From NCBI GenBank assembly GCA_964534375.1, contig CAZHPN010000131.1:1-17795 (forward strand): a DNA stretch of 17,795 bases, in the 5' to 3' direction. This stretch comes from an uncultured bacterium (GTDB lineage: Bacteria; Lernaellota; Lernaellaia; Lernaellales; Lernaellaceae). The translations under genes were made by a program, and so were the position numbers. This document shows, one piece after another, positions 7,915-15,177 of this stretch. The notes under the pieces are model-generated. The model was given only the letters and a program-made list of their open reading frames with translations. It made no database searches and was not told the DNA's origin. Position 1 is the first letter of the stretch; each line of letters opens with the position of its first letter.

Positions 7915-10074
7915 GTGGAGGAAAAGACCCTCGAATTTGTCGCGGACGTTTTTCGCCAAGCCGAAGGCCATAAGGAAAAGGCCTGCCTGTTTATCGGCGC
8001 CGGTTGTTCCGCCTCCGCCGGGATTCCCACCGCCCAGGGGATCGTCGACGAATACTTCGCAAAAGCCCAGCAGTATCACCAGGCATATTGTTGCGCGGAA
8101 CCGAAAACTTACGCGAATTGCATGAGACAATTGAGCGTCGGGGAACAAAGAAATCTCATCGAACGCCTCGTCGCGGGCGCGAAGATGAATTGGGCGCACA
8201 TCGCCATCGCCTGCCTCGTTCGCGCAGGCTACGTCGATCGCATTCTAACGACCAACTTCGATCCGCTGGTGATGAATGCTTGCGCGCTGATCGGCGAATA
8301 TCCCGCCGTGTACGATTTCGCGGCGGCCCCGATCTTCATAAGCCCGATGATCGCCCGCAAGGCCGTCTTTCACCTCCACGGCCAATCGACGGGCTTTGTT
8401 TTGGTGAATACGGACGAGCAATGCAACGAACAATTCGAGCACATCGGCCCGCTGCTGCGCGACAGCGTCGCCGGACGCTTGGTCGTCGTCGTCGGCTACA
8501 GCGGCGAGAACGACCCGGTGTTCGAACACCTCAGCAAAATCAAACGATTCGACTTCCAATTGTTCTGGGCAGGTTACCATGAGGAGGACCCGAAGCGGCA
8601 CGTTCGGGGAAAACTTCTCGATGCCGGCCGAGACGCGTTCTTCGTCAGGGCGACGGATGCGGATCGCTTTTTCGTCGGTCTGGCGCAAAATTTGGGTTGT
8701 TTCCCGCCCAAGCTGATCGAAAAGCCGTTCAGCCATTTATTGGAAATTCTCGCGCCGATTCCGCCCTTTCCCATCCCGACAACGACCGGGCAATTCGACG
8801 TGCTTGATCTCGCCCGAAACAAGATCAAAACGGCGATCGACGCGATCGAGAGCAAAGAGCCGTCCAAAGAAAAGGAGCGGCACGCTCTGCTGACGGCCAA
8901 ATTCCCGGCGGCCGCGGCGGGGCTTAAAGACCCCGCGGGATTGAAACCCGAAGAGCGAGAACTGCGTGCGTGGAGTCTGCTGCAGGAGGGCAACCAAATC
9001 CTCGGCAAAGCGTTGCAAGCCGGCAAAGAAGACGCCAGCCAGTTTTTTGATGAAGCGGCGAACAAATATGAACAAGCCCTGGAAATGAAGCCGGACATGC
9101 ACGAGGCGCTCTACAATTGGGGCAACGCCCTCACCGCTCAGGCCCGGACCAAAACGGGGACCGAGGCCGATCGGCTCTTCGTCGCCGCCGGCGACAAGTA
9201 CGAACAGGCGTTGCACATCAAGCCCGACACGCACGAGGCGCTCAACAATTGGGGCGCCGCGCTAGACGCTCAGGCCCAAACAAAAACGGGGGCCGACGCT
9301 GATCGGCTGTTCGCCTTGGCGGGCGAAAAATACGAACAGGCGTTGCGGATCAAGCCCGACAAGTGCGAGGCGCTCTACAATTGGGGCATCGCCCTCGCCA
9401 GACTGGCCTTGACCAAAACGGGGGCCGAGGCCGATCGCCTCTTCGTCGCCGCCGGCGAAAAATTCGAACAGGCGTTGCGAATCAAGCCCGACACGCATGA
9501 GGCGCTCTACAATTGGGGCAACGCCCTCGCCGCCTGGGCCCGAACCAAGACGGGGGCCGAGGCCGATCGGCTCTTCGTCGCCGCCGGCGAAAAATACGAA
9601 CAGGCGTTGCGGATCAGGCCCGACAAGCACGAGGCGCTCAACAATTGGGGCGCCGCGCTCGTCGCTCAGGCCCAAACCAAGACGGCGGCCGAGGCCGATC
9701 AGCTCTTCGCCGCCGCCGGCGAAAAATACGAACAGACGTTGCGGATCAAGCCCGACACGCCCGAGGCGCTCAACAGTTGGGGCATCGCCCTCGCCGCTCA
9801 GGCCCAGACCAAGACGGGGGCCGAGGCTGACCGGCTGTTCGCTGCCGCAAACGACCGATACCTTAAATGCGAAAGCGTCCGACCTGGATGGGCTGCATAC
9901 AATCTCGCGTGTGCAGCGTCCCTATGCGGTCGCGACGACGACTGCAAGAAATGGCTGGAGACTTCGAAAGCTGCGGGGTTTTTGCCGAGTCGCGCGCATA
10001 TCGAAAAGGACACGGATCTTAAGGCGGTGCGCCAAAGGGATTGGTTCAAGGATTTCGTCTCGAAGCTGGACTAG
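7915..10074 (+). CDS. SIR2-family (SIR2_2-like NADase) domain fused to a TPR repeat array; candidate defence or signalling protein
   Basis: SIR2 motifs LFIGAGCSASAGIP, ILTTNFD, FHLHG and VVGYSG. 44-aa TPR-like repeats ALYNWGNAL...ADRLFVAAGEKYEQALRIKPD. Capping motif YNLAC...DTDLKAVR. Start GTG 7915 (GGGGG upstream) or ATG 7903; the ORF-track start 7828 lies in the MITE TIR. Confidence 0.88.
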   Translation: MEEKTLEFVADVFRQAEGHKEKACLFIGAGCSASAGIPTAQGIVDEYFAKAQQYHQAYCCAEPKTYANCMRQLSVGEQRNLIERLVAGAKMNWAHIAIACLVRAGYVDRILTTNFDPLVMNACALIGEYPAVYDFAAAPIFISPMIARKAVFHLHGQSTGFVLVNTDEQCNEQFEHIGPLLRDSVAGRLVVVVGYSGENDPVFEHLSKIKRFDFQLFWAGYHEEDPKRHVRGKLLDAGRDAFFVRATDADRFFVGLAQNLGCFPPKLIEKPFSHLLEILAPIPPFPIPTTTGQFDVLDLARNKIKTAIDAIESKEPSKEKERHALLTAKFPAAAAGLKDPAGLKPEERELRAWSLLQEGNQILGKALQAGKEDASQFFDEAANKYEQALEMKPDMHEALYNWGNALTAQARTKTGTEADRLFVAAGDKYEQALHIKPDTHEALNNWGAALDAQAQTKTGADADRLFALAGEKYEQALRIKPDKCEALYNWGIALARLALTKTGAEADRLFVAAGEKFEQALRIKPDTHEALYNWGNALAAWARTKTGAEADRLFVAAGEKYEQALRIRPDKHEALNNWGAALVAQAQTKTAAEADQLFAAAGEKYEQTLRIKPDTPEALNSWGIALAAQAQTKTGAEADRLFAAANDRYLKCESVRPGWAAYNLACAASLCGRDDDCKKWLETSKAAGFLPSRAHIEKDTDLKAVRQRDWFKDFVSKLD
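9063..9850 (+). repeat. Intragenic 132-bp tandem repeats (about 6 units) encoding TPRs
   Basis: GAGGCGCTC(T/A)ACA(A/G)TTGGGGC recurs at 9103, 9235, 9367, 9499, 9631 and 9763. Confidence 0.95.
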
Positions 10075-10098
10075 TGTCTTGTCGAAAATAGGGACAAT

Positions 10099-10219
10099 GG
10101 GGCTGTTGAAAAAGGCTATTAGCGCGCCTTTGGCGAGCATTCAACAATGCGCAAGTGCGCGATTTGACAGGGTGGGCGCTTTCGCGGAAGTGACGAAATG
10201 GGCGTTTTTCAACAGCCCC
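10099..10219. mobile_element. 121-bp MITE (family B) with perfect 15-bp TIRs and a 5-bp target-site duplication
   Basis: GGGGCTGTTGAAAAA (10099-10113) / TTTTTCAACAGCCCC (10205-10219), flanked by ACAAT at 10094-10098 and 10220-10224. Ends resemble IS1182/IS5-type termini. Confidence 0.85.
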
Positions 10220-10382
10220 ACAATCAACAGTTTTTCGTCGCCATCGCCGCCGGCAATCGGCACGCCGGGGCGCGCCGCAGCCGCACAAAAAAAAGATCCA
10301 GTGACGGTCGCTGGTTTCTTGGAATGGGAAGCCAAGAAAATGGTCGGCGGTCCTTCGTTTCCCAGCGGAGCCCAAGTTTTAA

Positions 10383-10808
10383 CTATTGATTGTTGTTTAA
10401 CAAATGGAGCACCGCACCCGCGGCCGTTCCTGGCGGAACAATACCCGTGTCGCGGCCCCAACCAACCCTTTTTAGCCCGAGGCCGCTGTCCAGCTCGAGA
10501 TAAAATTCCAAGTAATACGTCAATCCGAAAAACCCTCCCTTGTACGTTATCTCGAAGAATGCACGGTAGTTTCCATACGTCGTTCTTTCGATTCTCTTGA
10601 AATCCCAATCTTGGTAATCGGCGGTCGGATGTGCGACGAACAGTATTGCTTTCGCGCTCTTTGCCACTAGGCTCGTTGCCTTGGAAATGGCGGAATCGTC
10701 GCTGGCTGTCGCTTCTGCCGTTATCGCAAGCGCAAAAGCTAGGACGAGGGCAAGGATCAGTGGGGCAAGAAAGCGAAGCTTTTGTGTCGTGCTGCACGAA
10801 TGTGTCAT
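10383..10808 (-). CDS. Small secreted hypothetical protein (about 141 aa)
   Basis: Signal peptide FLAPLILALVLAFALAITAEA, aromatic beta-rich mature part, GGGGGGA upstream of ATG 10808. Visibly AT-richer than neighbouring genes. Confidence 0.72.
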   Translation of the reverse strand: MTHSCSTTQKLRFLAPLILALVLAFALAITAEATASDDSAISKATSLVAKSAKAILFVAHPTADYQDWDFKRIERTTYGNYRAFFEITYKGGFFGLTYYLEFYLELDSGLGLKRVGWGRDTGIVPPGTAAGAVLHLLNNNQ

Positions 10809-10897
10809 ACCAATGTCCCCCCAAAAAATGGTGCGTGTGTGAACCAATTAACCGCAAATGGCCATCTAAGACGTTGATGCAGGATGATTGTTGTTAT

Positions 10898-10926
10898 TAG
10901 TTACACGCCCGGGGCGCTATTGTCAA
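10898..10926 (-). promoter_or_regulatory. Possible promoter for the small secreted protein
   Basis: Minus strand TTGACA (10926-10921), 17 bp ending in TG, then TAACTA followed by AT-rich ATAAC; weak -10 match. Confidence 0.4.
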
Positions 10927-10940
10927 GGGTTATGGGAGAG

Positions 10941-11190
10941 TCCCGGGGACACAATACGTAACTAATCGCTGGCGCTAGATTGTGGCTTGCACAGAGCAGC
11001 TATGGCGCGAGTCGCAAGAGTCGCGGTTGACGCCGAACCGCAGGCGCCTCATCGCTGTTCCGGCCGGCCGCCGGGCGACGACGCCGTTCTCGATCGCGAG
11101 GAAGAACGTTGAAACGACCCGCCCCCCGCGACCGCGGAAACGAGGACTGGAACCGCGAGGCGAGAGGGGTTGAGTATTGTGTCTCCGGAA
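10941..11190 (+). mobile_element. MITE-like element, family A copy 3
   Basis: TIRs TCCCGGGGACACAATACGTAAC (10941-10962) / GTTGAGTATTGTGTCTCCGGAA (11169-11190). Interior collinear with copies 1 and 2. Confidence 0.88.
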
Positions 11191-11196
11191 TTTGTC

Positions 11197-11318
11197 TTTT
11201 CCGGGCAGCCGCAGATTGCGCAGATTTACGCCGATGCACGGGCCGCGGATGGCGCTCGAGAACTCGGAAGACGTCACGGCCCGTGCCTTATCGGCGGCCA
11301 TCTGCGTTATCTGTGGCC
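11197..11318. repeat. Dispersed 122-bp palindromic repeat (family C) copy 1
   Basis: TTTTCCGGGCAGCCGCAGATTGCGCAGATTTACGC ... CATCTGCGTTATCTGTGGCC. Same length and ends as 15424-15545; the arms can pair. Confidence 0.82.
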
Positions 11319-11371
11319 GCAAAGCGCGCAATTTCATCTATATTTGGAGTGATGGCAAATTGGCCCGGATG

Positions 11372-11399
11372 AAGTGTAAATTCACCTTTACACTTTTTT
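11372..11399. promoter_or_regulatory. Perfect 9-bp inverted repeat (operator or terminator candidate)
   Basis: AAGTGTAAA-TTCACC-TTTACACTT followed by TTTT. Confidence 0.4.
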
Positions 11400-11558
11400 A
11401 CACGCCCTGCCGCACTCGATCAGCCTACGGGCGCCATAATCCAACACTTCGTCGAGGTTGCACACTTGGATGAACCTGGTGGCGTTGGGGCCGGTCGCCA
11501 GGGCTTCCGGGCAAGTCCCGCCGATCATTACCCTCTTTATTGCCTCTTTTTGTTGGTA

Positions 11559-11615
11559 TTACCCCTTTTCCCGCCAGACGGCGCCAGGGCCATAACCGAG
11601 GCATTTCACCGAGCC
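11559..11615 (-). pseudogene. Diverged duplicate of the fic 3' end
   Basis: Translates to GSVKCLGYGPGAVWREKG*, versus the Fic C-terminus GAVESLGRGPGAKWRKKG* (11718-11662). Confidence 0.78.
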
Positions 11616-11660
11616 AGAAGCCAGGAGTCAGAAGCCAGAGGCCAGGAGTCAGAAGTCAGA
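11612..11660 (+). repeat. Heptamer tandem array
   Basis: Seven copies of AG(C/T)CAG(A/G), one with a G at the first base. Confidence 0.85.
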
Positions 11661-11661
11661 A

Positions 11662-12705
11662 TCAGCCCTTTTTTCGCCACTTGGCGCCGGGACCGCGGCC
11701 CAGGCTTTCCACGGCCCCCGCGACTTGTTGGGCGCGCAGCACGCGCCGGATCATGTCGCGGCTGACGCCGGCGCAGGCGCGTTCCAATGAGGCCATGGTG
11801 AATTCTCCGGTCGCCGCCGCGATGGCAGCTTCGATCATCTCGGTTTTGGCGCCGCGAGGGCTTTTCGTCTGTCCGAGTCGTTGCTCGAACTCCTTGTACC
11901 CCGCCTTCAGGACAAACAAGACATAGTTGACGAACGGCCACGGATCGTGCCGCCCTTCGTGCCAGCCCTGCGAGCTTTGTTCCAGGGTTTCGTAATATCG
12001 ATCCTTGTGCTGCTCGATGATGCGTTCGAGGCTGATGTATCGCCCCACCTCAAAACCAAGATGGTAAGTTTGCAGCAGCAGGAGCAGGCGCGACACGCGC
12101 CCATTGCCGTCGCGGAAGGGATGGATGCAGAGAAAATCCAGGTTGCAGGCCGCCATCGCAATCAGCGGGTGCGTCGTTCGTTCGTTGATCGTCGCTTCCC
12201 AGAGCCCGACCAGTTGCGCCATGTACTCCGGCGTCCGGTCGGCGGGGACGGTCTTGAAGCGTAGGCGCGACGATCCGTCGGCGTAGCGTTCGATGATGTC
12301 GCTGTCCTTTTCCTTGTATTGCCCGGCATCCCAGATTTCGCCGCGCGCGAGCTGATGGAGTCGCCGAATCGTGTCCTCGGAAACCGGGAGCGAAGGCGCT
12401 TGCTCGTGAATCAATCGCAACGCTTCGCGGTAGCCCTGGACCTCCTCCTCGTCCCGATCCCGCAAAATCGGGTGACCGAACATGACCGTGCCGACGCGCT
12501 TCTCGTCGATCTCGACGCCCTCGATGCGGTTCGAGGAGACGGCGCTTTCGATCAGCGCGTGCTCCCGCAGGACCAGCAGCCGTTGCGGCGACTGTTTCGT
12601 GTAAAGTTCCTGGCGCCCGCGAGCCTCGCCAAGATCGGCGAGATGCCACGCGGTCGCCGTCGGGATCGTCTCGGAGCGCCCCATCAACATGCCGAGGGTT
12701 TTCAT
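11662..12705 (-). CDS. fic: Fic-domain protein (AMPylase) with N-terminal inhibitory motif and C-terminal HTH-like region
   Basis: Canonical HPFRDGNGRVSR motif; SNRIEG matches the (S/T)xxxE(G/N) inhibitory helix (class II); GGAG upstream of ATG 12705. Confidence 0.93.
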   Translation of the reverse strand: MKTLGMLMGRSETIPTATAWHLADLGEARGRQELYTKQSPQRLLVLREHALIESAVSSNRIEGVEIDEKRVGTVMFGHPILRDRDEEEVQGYREALRLIHEQAPSLPVSEDTIRRLHQLARGEIWDAGQYKEKDSDIIERYADGSSRLRFKTVPADRTPEYMAQLVGLWEATINERTTHPLIAMAACNLDFLCIHPFRDGNGRVSRLLLLLQTYHLGFEVGRYISLERIIEQHKDRYYETLEQSSQGWHEGRHDPWPFVNYVLFVLKAGYKEFEQRLGQTKSPRGAKTEMIEAAIAAATGEFTMASLERACAGVSRDMIRRVLRAQQVAGAVESLGRGPGAKWRKKG

Positions 12706-12880
12706 CGGTCACAATCTCCGCAGATTTTTGATGCCCTGCTGGTGCACGGCGCCCGCCGCCGCTTTGGACAACCTCGATGATGCAGGCCGCCGGGGATCAT
12801 AGGAAATGCATTAGCGGCGGTCAAACACCGCTGCATGGTCGTGCGAATCGGCTTCTGCTACCCCGGTCGGCATCCGCCAC

Positions 12881-13145
12881 AGACAAGAGATTGGGGAGTG
12901 GCTGGCGAAGGACGGCCAGTTGCTGCTGCCGATGATGGAGTTGATCGAAGCCTCGCGGCTGGCGGTCGACGAGGTGATCGACGCGGTGGGCCGGGCGAGC
13001 ATCGAAGCGATCCTGCACCCGTCGGCGCAGGGGGTCGCCGGGGCGAAGCACCAGGGCAAAAAGGGCGGCGAGGTGCGCTGGCACGGGACGCAACCGGGGA
13101 CCGTACCGTTGTCGAACCGGAAGTTGCGGGTTGGCCGGGCTGCGC
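12881..13145 (+). pseudogene. N-terminal fragment of an IS256-family transposase
   Basis: RQEIGEWLAKDGQLLLPMMELIEASRLAVDEVIDAVGRASIEAIL..SAQGVAGAKHQGKKGGEVRWHGTQPGTVPLSNRKLRV resembles IS256 N-termini. No DDE domain follows and no clear start. Confidence 0.72.
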
Positions 13146-13169
13146 GGCGTTTAAAGTTCCGCTTCCGCC

Positions 13170-14807
13170 CTATGCCGCAACGCGGAATTCCTTTTGCGCC
13201 TCGTGTTTCAGCCAATCGCGGAACCGCGGGTCGGCGACGGAGATAATGCTCTTGATGAAGTCGGACTGGCTTTGGGCGTTGATGCGGGCGACGCCGTGCT
13301 CGGTGACGAGGAAGAACTGGGCGCCGTCGCGCGTGCCGAACATGTCGGGGCCGATGACGCTGACCGGCGTGCCCGAAGGCAAATAGGGGAAAATCGACGA
13401 GCGCAGCTTGCCTTCCGGCGTGCGGTGCGTCGACTTCATGCAGAAATACGACACGCCGCCGCGGGACAGGCCGCGGACGATCGCCGCGCCGCCGCCGATG
13501 CCGCTGTAGTGGTTGCGGCCGCGCGCCGCCGAATTGACGCTGCCCTGAAAGTCGATGCTCAGAATGTTGTTGATGCCGAGTCCGCCGTAGAACGCCTCGG
13601 GGATGACGATGTACGGCGCCGGCGCCATCGCCACCGCCGGGTTGTTGCTGATTTTTTCGTAAAACGGGTTGCCCTTCTCGCCCATCGTGAAGGTGCAGAC
13701 CAGGCGGCCGTCGAGTTGCCGGCGCGAGCCGTCGCGGTCGATGAAATGCGAGCCCGCGATCTTGCCCGCCTCGAACAACTCGAAGGTGAACGGGTCGAGC
13801 ATTTCGCTGTATTCGCGGCCCGTCCATTTCGTTTCCTTGAGCAGCCGGATCGCCTGCACGCCCGTGCCGCCGATGCCGACCTGGATCGCCCGGCCGCGCA
13901 CCAGTTCGGCGTGCGCTTCCATGTGGTTGACCAGGTGCTCGGCGACGTTCATCTCGCACGGCAGCGGCTTGTCGAACGAGCCCGCGGGCATCGCCGGCGT
14001 TTCCGCGTCGTCTTCGACCAACAGCAACCGGCCCTCGGCCGCGGCGGCGCGCAGCCGCTCGACGTGGATCGTATTCCGCGCCCATTCGTTCAGGCCGAGC
14101 ACGAAGGGGAAATGCGGATTGAGGTAGAGGAGAATCTTGACGCTGGGCGTCGCCAGCGCGACATCGAGGCCGTCGCTGTTGATGCCGTTGGCCGGCCCGA
14201 AGCTCATCTCGCCGGCGGCGTTGGGCGGGGTCATGCCCAGCACGAGATGGTCGAACCGCACCTTGCCGTCCGCGTCCCACAGCATGGCGACGACGGCGTC
14301 CTGAAAATGCACCGACTGCATATCGATCGAGCCCATCCGCGTGCGGTTGCGCCCGGCAAAACGCGGGTAGAGCAGGCGCGTCAACGCGTTGTCCGGCACG
14401 ACGATATTTTCCGCCGGGCCCATGAAGCCCGACGTGAAATGAATGTTGCGGCGCTCGAGTTCTTCGATGTGCGCGACGTAGCGGCCCAGGCCGTCGAGCT
14501 TGCGCGTGGCGCCGTTGATCTGGCGCGCCAACTTGTTCGTGCGCGCGAGGCCCGCCAACATCCCGGTGGCGCCCATCGTATCGCCGACCAGCAGCGGATG
14601 CGCCGCCATGAACAGCGCCTGGCGGATGTGAATGTCGTGGAGGTCTTCGCGTTGGATGTGATCCCACACGGTCTCGTAGAACTTCACCGGCTCCGACGTG
14701 GCGAACGACGACGCCATACGAATTCCCGAAACCACCATCTGGTGCAGGGCTTCGTCGTTGCTCACGAGACACGACGCCAGAAAATCCGGAAGCTGCAAGT
14801 TGCTCAT
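13170..14807 (-). CDS. Acetyl-CoA hydrolase/transferase family protein (4-hydroxybutyrate CoA-transferase-like)
   Basis: IQVGIGG, YSEMLD (catalytic Glu position), GINNILSIDFQGSVN, YSGIGG, LVTEHGVA and ISVADPRFRDWL; GAGGCGG upstream of ATG. Confidence 0.88.
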   Translation of the reverse strand: MSNLQLPDFLASCLVSNDEALHQMVVSGIRMASSFATSEPVKFYETVWDHIQREDLHDIHIRQALFMAAHPLLVGDTMGATGMLAGLARTNKLARQINGATRKLDGLGRYVAHIEELERRNIHFTSGFMGPAENIVVPDNALTRLLYPRFAGRNRTRMGSIDMQSVHFQDAVVAMLWDADGKVRFDHLVLGMTPPNAAGEMSFGPANGINSDGLDVALATPSVKILLYLNPHFPFVLGLNEWARNTIHVERLRAAAAEGRLLLVEDDAETPAMPAGSFDKPLPCEMNVAEHLVNHMEAHAELVRGRAIQVGIGGTGVQAIRLLKETKWTGREYSEMLDPFTFELFEAGKIAGSHFIDRDGSRRQLDGRLVCTFTMGEKGNPFYEKISNNPAVAMAPAPYIVIPEAFYGGLGINNILSIDFQGSVNSAARGRNHYSGIGGGAAIVRGLSRGGVSYFCMKSTHRTPEGKLRSSIFPYLPSGTPVSVIGPDMFGTRDGAQFFLVTEHGVARINAQSQSDFIKSIISVADPRFRDWLKHEAQKEFRVAA

Positions 14808-14869
14808 GATGCACCGCCTCTGAGTGATTACTCAACGTTGCACATTACATAACCGTACTGTCCATTACT

Positions 14870-14898
14870 GTTGTATTCATTTTGGACGCGGAAGTCAA
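14870..14898 (-). promoter_or_regulatory. Possible promoter of the CoA-transferase gene
   Basis: Minus strand TTGACT (14898-14893), 17 bp, TACAAC (14875-14870), in an AT-rich patch. Confidence 0.4.
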
Positions 14899-14947
14899 GA
14901 ACTGCGAGAGGCATCGTTTGACGGCGGCAGGCGCGGCGGCGGGGCGC

Positions 14948-14990
14948 CATGGGAAGCATGGGAGTTCTGGGAGTGCTGGGAATGCTGGGA
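14948..14990 (+). repeat. 9-bp-period tandem repeat
   Basis: TGGGA at 14950, 14959, 14968, 14977 and 14986. Confidence 0.7.
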
Positions 14991-15042
14991 CCCGCGCCAG
15001 CCCCATTCGCCAGGCGGTTTCACGTTCGGCTAATGGCGCTTT

Positions 15043-15174
15043 AGGGTTCTCGAGACCTTTCGGGAAGGTTTTCGAAACCTTCGGCAAAGGATTTCAAAAC
15101 CTTCGGTAAAGGTTTTCAAAACCTTCGCCAAAGGATCTCAAAACCTTCGGCAAAGGTTTTCAAAACCTTTGGCG
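15043..15174. repeat. Six 22-bp tandem units, each self-palindromic
   Basis: Consensus AAGGTTTTCAAAACCTT+CGGCA; units start at 15043, 15065, 15087, 15109, 15131 and 15153. Confidence 0.9.
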
Positions 15175-15177
15175 AAT

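Noticed and set aside
9063..9850. Diversity-generating retroelement template/variable repeats
   Set aside because: No reverse transcriptase in the window, the repeats are in-frame tandem coding units, and differences are not confined to adenines.
6953..11190. Integron attC array interpretation of family A repeats
   Set aside because: At about 250 bp they are too long, they lack the RYYYAAC...GTTRRRY outer boxes, the cargo genes are convergent with their own promoters, and no integron integrase is present.
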